Source: an uncultured archaeon (GTDB lineage: Archaea > Iainarchaeota > Iainarchaeia > Iainarchaeales > 1-14-0-10-31-34). From it: DNA of 64,000 bases. A model generated the notes under the pieces. It was not told where the DNA came from. It was given only the letters and a program-made list of their open reading frames with translations, and made no database searches. The position numbers and the translations under genes are program-made. Shown here in pieces: positions 30,020-37,412 of the stretch. The stretch covers positions 160,001 to 224,000 of the forward strand of contig CAZSOZ010000002.1 of NCBI GenBank assembly GCA_964608675.1. Direction: 5' to 3'. Position 1 is the stretch's first letter, and the number at the start of each line of letters is the position of its first letter.

Positions 30020-30591
30020 TTAATTTTCCAAAAAACTTGGCTGAATTCATGAAAAAACATGATTTAAAGCTTGAAAAAAAAATAGCCAAAGGATTTTCAA
30101 GCGAAGTTTTTTTAGTAAAAAAAGAAAAAAAAAATTTTGCTTTAAAAATAGAAAAAATTAAATCCAGAAGAAAAAAAATGGCTGAAAACGAAGTAAAAAA
30201 TTTAAGTAAAGCAAATTCAGTTCAAGTCGGGCCAAAATTAATTGATTTTGATTTAAAAAAAAGAATTATTTTAATGGAATACATTAAAGGAAAAACATTC
30301 AACGAATGGATTTTTTCTTTAAAAAAAAACAAAAAAAACAAAAAAAAAGTGGAAAAATTTATTGAAAAAATTTTTTTGCAGGCAGAAAAACTTGATGAAA
30401 TTGGATTAGACCATGGACAGCTTGCAGGAAGAGGAGTAAACATTCTTGTAAAAAAAAATTTGCCTGTAATAATTGATTTCGAAAAAGCCTCACAGAAAAG
30501 AAAAGTACACAACAAAAAAGTTTTAGAATCCTTTTTATTCAAAAACCCTTATTCAGAAATAACAAAAAAAGTAAAAAAAATATTAAATTAA
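30016..30591 (+). CDS. Small archaeal Ser/Thr protein kinase-like protein
   Basis: IAKGFSSEVF, ALKIE, ILMEYIKG, LDHGQL...NILV, IIDFEKAS. Confidence 0.85.
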   Translation: MINFPKNLAEFMKKHDLKLEKKIAKGFSSEVFLVKKEKKNFALKIEKIKSRRKKMAENEVKNLSKANSVQVGPKLIDFDLKKRIILMEYIKGKTFNEWIFSLKKNKKNKKKVEKFIEKIFLQAEKLDEIGLDHGQLAGRGVNILVKKNLPVIIDFEKASQKRKVHNKKVLESFLFKNPYSEITKKVKKILN

Positions 30592-31094
30592 GGTTTTTTA
30601 GGTCTTTTGGAGAGGGATTTTTTGACAGCATGTTTTTTTTGTTTTGGTTTTCCTTTAATTTTTTTAATTTTATAATTTAAAGGCAGTTCCAACTGCTTTA
30701 ATCTAAAATAAAATCCTTTTTTTAAGTGAAGAAATTTTTCAGCAAAAGGTTTTGCTTTAAAAACAATTTTTTGATTCCTGTACAAAGAAGGAGTCCTTAA
30801 AACAGTTTCCACTGCACCTTCAATTAATTCAGGTTTTTGGGTTGCTAAAATTAAATTCAAAGTTTTTTCCTGAGCTGTTTTTATTGCTTCAGGATGCCCT
30901 GAATGAAAAACCTGAGAATTCTTTGGGCTGTCTAAAACATTAATTAGTTTTTCAGAAACATTTTTGCCTTCACTGCTTCTCAAAAGAGAATTTGTTTTAG
31001 AAACAAGATTGCTCCATTCCCTTTGATTAATTGGTCTTTCTCTGTGCTTAAATAAGTCGTCGAAAACTTTTTTTAGTTCACTCACATAAGACAT
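30588..31094 (-). CDS. Hypothetical protein with basic C-terminal tail
   Basis: Open 168-aa frame ending ...KKSLSKRPKKP. Confidence 0.6.
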   Translation of the reverse strand: MSYVSELKKVFDDLFKHRERPINQREWSNLVSKTNSLLRSSEGKNVSEKLINVLDSPKNSQVFHSGHPEAIKTAQEKTLNLILATQKPELIEGAVETVLRTPSLYRNQKIVFKAKPFAEKFLHLKKGFYFRLKQLELPLNYKIKKIKGKPKQKKHAVKKSLSKRPKKP

Positions 31095-31158
31095 AAATGA
31101 AATATTATTTTACAAATATAAAAAGTTTTCTAAAAAAATAGAAAAAAAAAAGAAGAAA

Positions 31159-31662
31159 TCACTTTTTTTCAGGGATTTCTTCAGAGTATTTGTTAACAAA
31201 AGTTTTTCTTAAAACAAATTTTCTGTCAACTTCGCTGATTAAAACATCACAAGCAGTCTTGATTGCTTCCATTTCTTTTATAATTCGTTCTTTTTCTTTT
31301 TCTATTTCTGAAACGTTTTCATAAGTTTCAATTGCATCCCAAAACATGCTTCCATCAACATAAGTGTAAGGATGAGAATTCATTTTTTTTGCAATTCTTT
31401 CAACCATTTTTCCAAGCCATAAATTCATTTCAACTTTAACCTGGCCTTTAATTTGCTTTCCTTTATCCAAATGATTTCTAAGCATATTTACAATAGTTGC
31501 TTTAGGAAAAGGCAGATTCAAGTCATCAGATTCCTCTTCTTCAATGTCTTCAGGAATAGCAGTATCAGATTCTTCAGCTAAATCTTCAGCCTGTTCCTCC
31601 AATTCCTTTTTTTCTTTTTCTTCTCTTTTTGTTTCTTTATCAGATTTCTTGTCTTTAGACAT
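31159..31662 (-). CDS. Putative histone-fold protein with acidic N-terminal arm and C-terminal coiled coil
   Basis: LPFPKATIVNMLR (alpha1), KQIKGQVKVEMNLWLGKMVERIAKKM (L1-alpha2), YTYVDGSMFWDAI (L2-alpha3), then a heptad helix. Confidence 0.6.
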   Translation of the reverse strand: MSKDKKSDKETKREEKEKKELEEQAEDLAEESDTAIPEDIEEEESDDLNLPFPKATIVNMLRNHLDKGKQIKGQVKVEMNLWLGKMVERIAKKMNSHPYTYVDGSMFWDAIETYENVSEIEKEKERIIKEMEAIKTACDVLISEVDRKFVLRKTFVNKYSEEIPEKK

Positions 31663-31785
31663 GCAATTTTACCCCCTAAAAAAATAAACAATAAGCATTA
31701 AATTCTGCTTATAAAATAAACAAGGATTCAAAATATAAAGCCTTACTGCAAAAAAACCTTTAAGGATTTAAAAAGCTTTTGTTTT

Positions 31786-32100
31786 TCAGTTGAAACCGTA
31801 TTCTTTTGCAAACAAAAGAACTTCAATTGCAGTAATAATAAAGAAAAAACCTGCAATATAAGAAATCCAAGCACTTATTACTACTACCGGCAAAGCAGAA
31901 AAATCTTCAATAAAAGAAACAAAATTAAATAAATGCAAGAAAAAAAACATTAAAGAAGTCAAAAAAATCCATCTGGTTATTGCTTTCAATTGAGTTGAAT
32001 GAAATTTAATTGAACTCTTAAAAGAAACAACCACTGCAATCAAAATCAAAATCATGCTTGAAACATTCAGCAAAGAAGTGAAATCCAACTGCAAACCCAT
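31786..32100 (-). CDS. Small 3-TM membrane protein
   Basis: Three hydrophobic stretches; LDFTS at the start and FAKEYG at the end resemble the neighbouring ORF. Confidence 0.7.
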   Translation of the reverse strand: MGLQLDFTSLLNVSSMILILIAVVVSFKSSIKFHSTQLKAITRWIFLTSLMFFFLHLFNFVSFIEDFSALPVVVISAWISYIAGFFFIITAIEVLLFAKEYGFN

Positions 32101-32423
32101 TAAAACAACCTCTTGTTTTTCATTCCAAATTTTTCAGAAAAATTTAATGCCTCAAAAGAAGTTAAAATTAAGCCTATTGCTGTTGCAATAACAAAAAAAG
32201 AACGAATAGCATAAATTAAATTAATTGAATAATCCAAATAAACCATGACCATAATAAAAAACTGGCCTGAAACAAAAATTAAAAGAGAATAAAAAAAATG
32301 CCTTAAAACATTTTTTAAGTTTCCTTCGTTGAATCTGTGCATTGCCCCAAAAAACAAGGCAACAGTCAAAAACGCAATAACAAAACTAATTAAACTTGAA
32401 GTAAAATCAAACCCTAAACTCAT
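32100..32423 (-). CDS. Small 3-TM membrane protein
   Basis: Three hydrophobic stretches; FDFTS ... FSEKFG. Confidence 0.7.
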   Translation of the reverse strand: MSLGFDFTSSLISFVIAFLTVALFFGAMHRFNEGNLKNVLRHFFYSLLIFVSGQFFIMVMVYLDYSINLIYAIRSFFVIATAIGLILTSFEALNFSEKFGMKNKRLF

Positions 32424-32977
32424 TTTTTTACCTCAACAATTCTGTCACAGAACTGGCTTACTTGAGCAATAAGCCTTTCATCAACATTTTTTTGAAGAGA
32501 AATCAATACTCCTTTAATTTTCCATTCCCTCATTTTTCCTGTAAGAAAATGAGCAAACTTGGTAACGCTTTTTGATTGATTATAAATCAATAAAGTGCTT
32601 AAAGAATCAAAAAAAATAAATCTGTCAGTTTTTGTTTTCATAGACTTAAATGCTTCACCTAAAGCAATCCCCAACTCAGTTAAATTGTTTGGAGAATTAA
32701 TAAACAAACAATTTGGAACCTCTTTTGCTTCACCCACAACAGTTAAAGTGATTGCATCAATAAAAAAAATGTTTTTTGTTTTAATTTTGTTTTTTTCCAG
32801 CATTTCATTCAAAGAATTAAAAGGCCTGTTTACAGTAACATAAATTCCTTTTTCATTTAATTTGTTTGTAAGAATATCAAGTATTTTTAAGTTTGTTTTC
32901 AGATATTTTTTTTCATCAGATAAAATCAAAACAATTTCTTTTTCTGAAACCTTTTTTAATTCTTTCTCTAAATCCAT
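32420..32977 (-). CDS. Inactive KaiC/RecA-like ATPase domain protein
   Basis: GIYVTVNRP, IFFIDAIT, FIFFDSLSTLLIYN, FCDRIV; no Walker A. Confidence 0.8.
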   Translation of the reverse strand: MDLEKELKKVSEKEIVLILSDEKKYLKTNLKILDILTNKLNEKGIYVTVNRPFNSLNEMLEKNKIKTKNIFFIDAITLTVVGEAKEVPNCLFINSPNNLTELGIALGEAFKSMKTKTDRFIFFDSLSTLLIYNQSKSVTKFAHFLTGKMREWKIKGVLISLQKNVDERLIAQVSQFCDRIVEVKK

Positions 32978-33023
32978 TTTTTTTGGCTCCTAAAAAAAGA
33001 ATGCATTTCAGGTTAATAAAACT

Positions 33024-33698
33024 TTACTTTATTATTTGAAGGATTTCATTTACGTCATTTAATTCAAAATCAGATTTCACTTTCTTAGAAAAAAACTTTT
33101 GACCGTATTTTGCAAGACAGGTTTTCATTCCTGCTTCTTTTGCTCCCTGAATGTCTCTTTCAGGGTTGTCTCCAACAAACAAAATTTCTTCAGGATTTAA
33201 TTTAAGTTTTTCTATTGCTTTCTGAAAAGGAAGTTTGTTGGGCTTCAATAAGCCTGTGTCATCCAAAGTAATAACCACATCAAAATAATGAGTCATATTC
33301 ATTTCAGCAAGCCTTAACCATGCACGCATTCTTGGGGCATCAGAAACAATTCCCAAAACAATGTTTTTTTCTTTTAATTTAACTAAAGTGCTTCTTACAT
33401 GAGGATACGGAAACAAAAATCCTGCCTGAACCCTTCTATAAGAAGCAATTCCATTAGATAAAATCCTGTAATCAATTCTCTTTAGGGTTTTTCTTAAAAA
33501 TTTTTGAAAAATAGTCTGATCTTCAATACCATACTTTTTAAATAAATCAAACAAAATTTTTTTTGCTTTCTCTTCTTTTACAGGCAGTCCAGCATCAATC
33601 ATTGCCCTGACTGCAGCTTCAGAGCTTTCGGTTTTCATTCTCATGAAATCAATCAAAGTGTTATCCAAATCAAACAAAACCGCTTTAATTTTCTTCAT
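33024..33698 (-). CDS. HAD-superfamily hydrolase (subfamily IA)
   Basis: FDLDNTL, IVSD, KP, FVGDNPERDIQGA. Confidence 0.92.
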   Translation of the reverse strand: MKKIKAVLFDLDNTLIDFMRMKTESSEAAVRAMIDAGLPVKEEKAKKILFDLFKKYGIEDQTIFQKFLRKTLKRIDYRILSNGIASYRRVQAGFLFPYPHVRSTLVKLKEKNIVLGIVSDAPRMRAWLRLAEMNMTHYFDVVITLDDTGLLKPNKLPFQKAIEKLKLNPEEILFVGDNPERDIQGAKEAGMKTCLAKYGQKFFSKKVKSDFELNDVNEILQIIK

Positions 33699-34126
33699 TA
33701 CAATTCACTTTCCAAATCCAATAAAAACAAACCTGAAGGCTGTTTTGTTCTTTCAATTTTTTGTTCAAAAGGTTTAATAAAAACTTCCAAGGTTGCTCCC
33801 ACAGTTCCTGAAACAAAATGGCCTCCAATTACACTGAAATCTTTTTTTCCTAGAGAAACGTGGACATGAAAAAAAGGTTTTCCTTCTTTTAAAGAAATGT
33901 TTCCCAGAAAAGAAATTACTTCTAAATCGCCTTCAAAGGATTTTGTTTCATAACCGTTTTTTTCAGAAGAAAAAAACCCTAATTCGGCTTCCTGCAAAGC
34001 GCCAATCCCTTTAATGGTTCCTGAAAAAATTTTTTCTTTTTCAAGGAAATCAGTAAGTTCTTTTAACACATTTTCTCCTGAAATAAATCTCAAAAAAAAA
34101 CCATTTGAAATCTTCTTGTATTTCAT
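33698..34126 (-). CDS. PPC/DUF296 domain protein
   Basis: GIGAL, EVISFLGNIS, HVHVSLG, VIGGHF. Confidence 0.9.
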   Translation of the reverse strand: MKYKKISNGFFLRFISGENVLKELTDFLEKEKIFSGTIKGIGALQEAELGFFSSEKNGYETKSFEGDLEVISFLGNISLKEGKPFFHVHVSLGKKDFSVIGGHFVSGTVGATLEVFIKPFEQKIERTKQPSGLFLLDLESEL

Positions 34127-34241
34127 TCAACCCCTCAAAAAAAACTTGTTTTCAGTCCCGCCCATTCGCGATTTCGCTCGCCAGTAACCAAACATATGAG
34201 AGATTTCACTTTTTTTAATCTCTCGATAACATTCAAAATTA

Positions 34242-34312
34242 ATTGTGTTTTCAGTCCGCCCATCTATCATCATGATTTTCAGAGTCATCGTCAGTTCATC
34301 ATAAAACACAAT
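34242..34312 (-). ncRNA. Box C/D sRNA (2'-O-methylation guide)
   Basis: Minus strand: ATTGTGTTTT-ATGATGA (C)-actgacgatgact-CTGA (D')-aaatc-ATGATGA (C')-tagatgggcgga-CTGA (D)-AAACACAAT, with four perfect boxes and a terminal stem. Confidence 0.88.
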
Positions 34313-34721
34313 AAAATAAAATAAAAAAAAGTTTTTAAACAAAATAAAACACTTAATTATTATTAAACCAAAACAAAAAGCAAAAAACAACTGAATTTAC
34401 TTGAAAAAAAAAATGTTCAAGCTGTCTCTGGCAAGAACAGAAACAGAAGAATTAATGAACCTGCAGTTTTATGACACCAAAAAAAACACAATATGCTGGT
34501 AAGACATACAGGAAAAAAAATAAAGATTGTTTTATTTGATATTGGTTTAAATCTGCCAAAAAAAACACGCAAAATAAAAAAAAAGAATAATTGTGCTGGC
34601 ATCAAAGTTCTCTAAAGTTCCGAAGAACTTTATTGAAGGCCTCTGCCAACACGCAAAACATTAAGATTAAAATTCTATAAAAAGATTTGTTCTTAGGAAT
34701 CCAAACTAAAAGAAAAAAAAG

Positions 34722-36218
34722 TCACCAGTAATACTGGTGTTCAACAGAATAAGAAACTGTTTTGCTTGAATTTGCAGGAACTACTATCTTGAATTCAATT
34801 TCGCTGGAAGACTTTTTTTCGTATAGATCACTGTTTTGAATTATTTCCCAGCTGGAGCCAAGGTATTCGTGAACAATAACTTCGACATCAGAATCCTTAT
34901 GATTCCTTAACTCAATTTCATAACTGCTTCTATATTTTCCTTTACTAACATTAACTGATTCAGTTTGAGTTCTTTCTCCAACAACATCAAAGGAGTCCCC
35001 TAAATAAAGATTTGATTCCTCGTCTTTTGGAGTATGATCAATTCTGTCTTCTCCAACAAACTGAAGTTTTCCTGCAGAATCCTCTTTATAAACCCTGACT
35101 TTTCCTTTTGGCAAAGGAACACCCAAAGCATTTTCTTCTGAATTCTTAAAATTTAATTTAACTTGAACTTTAGTTCCCTGAAGTCTTCCATCAAAATAAA
35201 AAATTTTTTTTACAGGAATATTTTCAGAAGCCAGCAAAGAAATTTGTTTGACTTGATTGTTCATTACATCAGTTTTTCTATCCAAAGAATACATATGATA
35301 TTCAAACAAAGCTTCTTCCACAAAACCCCCTGATTTTGGCACAGCATCCTCATAAACATAATCATACATTTCCCTGTAAGTGTAATCATAAACCCTGTGA
35401 ACGTCTCCTGCAACTAATTTAAGAGAAGCATCAGAATAAGAGGTTCCAGATTGATTGTTAATGCTGACCCACCCAAAAAAATCCATTCTTGAATCAGAAT
35501 CATTTATTTTAGCAATGTATTCAGCATGCCATTTAATGCCGTCAGTCAAATAAGAAGTCTGCGTTAACCTATTTCCTTCTTCTGAAGCAAACACTTTCCA
35601 AATCAAAGTAGGTTTAACCCACAAGTTTTCAGGAAGAGAAGGAAAAACAATTTTATCTGCATTCAAAGAAACAATTCCATTAGAAGTCTGTAAAATTAAT
35701 CCATCAGAATAACTCAAAATTTTTCCAGTATAAGTACTTGAATCATTTCCTTCAATACTTGTAACAGTAATTTCTTTATCCAAATACTTTTCCAGCAACT
35801 TTGATTTTGAAACCAAATCATATTCATAATTCTGCTCCAATACAATAGTGTCAGCAAAATCCAGGTCTTCAAACAATACACTTGTAGAATCAATTTTTGC
35901 TGCAACATCCATAAACTTAACTAAATTAACTCCCTGTTTAAGCATTAAAGTTCTTATGTCTTTAACTAAAGCAAAATTCTGGTTATAGACAGTCAATTCA
36001 GTTCCATTTTTTGTTTCGCTTGTTTCTTGTCCTTCAAACATCAATACTGCTGATTCAGGTTTTTCAGTTGAAACAACATGAACAACATCATTAATGTTAA
36101 CATTAGGCACACTAATTTTTTTTGGGTTTAAATCATCTTCAGTTCCAGAAAACTGAATTAAAACACCAAACAACAATACAGCCAAAATAAAAGAAATAAC
36201 TAAATTTGAATTTTTCAT
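34722..36218 (-). CDS. DUF4139-family secreted/membrane-anchored protein
   Basis: LTVYNQNFALVKD, EQNYEYDL, SYLTDGIKWHAEY, LVAGDV, LGVPLPKGKVRVY, GEDRIDHTP. Confidence 0.88.
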   Translation of the reverse strand: MKNSNLVISFILAVLLFGVLIQFSGTEDDLNPKKISVPNVNINDVVHVVSTEKPESAVLMFEGQETSETKNGTELTVYNQNFALVKDIRTLMLKQGVNLVKFMDVAAKIDSTSVLFEDLDFADTIVLEQNYEYDLVSKSKLLEKYLDKEITVTSIEGNDSSTYTGKILSYSDGLILQTSNGIVSLNADKIVFPSLPENLWVKPTLIWKVFASEEGNRLTQTSYLTDGIKWHAEYIAKINDSDSRMDFFGWVSINNQSGTSYSDASLKLVAGDVHRVYDYTYREMYDYVYEDAVPKSGGFVEEALFEYHMYSLDRKTDVMNNQVKQISLLASENIPVKKIFYFDGRLQGTKVQVKLNFKNSEENALGVPLPKGKVRVYKEDSAGKLQFVGEDRIDHTPKDEESNLYLGDSFDVVGERTQTESVNVSKGKYRSSYEIELRNHKDSDVEVIVHEYLGSSWEIIQNSDLYEKKSSSEIEFKIVVPANSSKTVSYSVEHQYYW

Positions 36219-36335
36219 AAATACCCTTCAAAAAATTTTTTTCTCTGAAAAATAAAATGGAATTAGTTTTATTTAAGCCTATGTTTTTAATAAGTATAAA
36301 TAATAATTTAAAAAAAAAGAAAAAAAAAGAAAGTT

Positions 36336-37346
36336 TTACAATTTAACTTTCCATAAAACCAAAATTACTGCAAGAACAGCAACAATTAAAACTACTGGAA
36401 GTGTTGCGTTTCCCAAATTTAATCCAAATAAACCAGTAGGTGAAGGATTTAGATTCGTTGTATTATTTTCTTTTTGGTTTTGTGTTGTATCAATTTCATC
36501 TGAAGTAATTCCAAGAATTTCATTTGAAGGCGCTGGAGCAGGCCCTGTATCATCAATTAAAGGAATTTCTTTTTCTATAGGTTCATCTAAAACAGTACAG
36601 TCAGCCACAGAAAAACTTAATCTGTTTTTAGGATACCCTGGCTTATACACTTCCATTTTATAGTCTTTAATTTCACTTAAATTAAAAACAAAAATTCCTT
36701 CGTCATCTGTTTTTCCTGAAATAATTTTAGTTCTGTCGTCATTATCTTCAAAAATTACTATTGTTGCATCTCTTGCAGGACTGCCATTTGAAAGCTTTAC
36801 TTCAACTTCAATATCTTCATTAAGGCATTTTTCTGAAACAGAAACAGTAAGGCCTCCGCCTCCTCCGCCTCCGCCTCCTCTGGGAGTTCCGCCAGTGTCA
36901 GCTGGAGGAGTAGAACAATTACCGCAATCCTGCGGACAAGAAGAACAACTTTCATCTCCATTACAAATTCCATCACCACAAGAAGGAGGAACTTCAACTT
37001 CAACAGAAAAATTTAATTCAGTTATTTCTCCGTTAGCAAAAACTGATTCTCCTGCTTTAACATCAAAAACAAAAAATTCAATTGTTTTTCCTGCCCTGTT
37101 ATTATTTGGATCCAATACATCAAAAGTATTCGGAGCATAACCATAAGTTCCATTTAAACTAGTGGTTGAAGCAACTTCAACTCCAGAAATTTTTGCAACA
37201 ACATTAACTCCATCTGTTGCAGGTTCTCCATTAACAAGTATTGTTCCAAAAAACCTGTTTGGAATTCCAGGAACAGCAAAAACTGAAATACAAAACAATA
37301 AACAAAAAAAGAATACACTCAAATACTTTAATTTATTAATAAACAT
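36336..37346 (-). CDS. Membrane-anchored surface protein with Cys-rich motif and poly-Gly linker
   Basis: Signal peptide, PNRFFGTILVNG domain, CGDGICNGDESCSSCPQDCG, GGGGGGGGG, C-terminal TM. Confidence 0.8.
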   Translation of the reverse strand: MFINKLKYLSVFFFCLLFCISVFAVPGIPNRFFGTILVNGEPATDGVNVVAKISGVEVASTTSLNGTYGYAPNTFDVLDPNNNRAGKTIEFFVFDVKAGESVFANGEITELNFSVEVEVPPSCGDGICNGDESCSSCPQDCGNCSTPPADTGGTPRGGGGGGGGGLTVSVSEKCLNEDIEVEVKLSNGSPARDATIVIFEDNDDRTKIISGKTDDEGIFVFNLSEIKDYKMEVYKPGYPKNRLSFSVADCTVLDEPIEKEIPLIDDTGPAPAPSNEILGITSDEIDTTQNQKENNTTNLNPSPTGLFGLNLGNATLPVVLIVAVLAVILVLWKVKL

Positions 37347-37412
37347 CCCCCCAAGTTCTGCTTTAAATATAGTTAGTTAGTGAAGTGAAAAGAATAAAAA
37401 AAGAGTGGCTTT

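Noticed and set aside
34127-34390. 87-aa ORF with repeated G(R/G)TEN
   Set aside because: Better explained by the box C/D sRNA and its duplicated 3' end.
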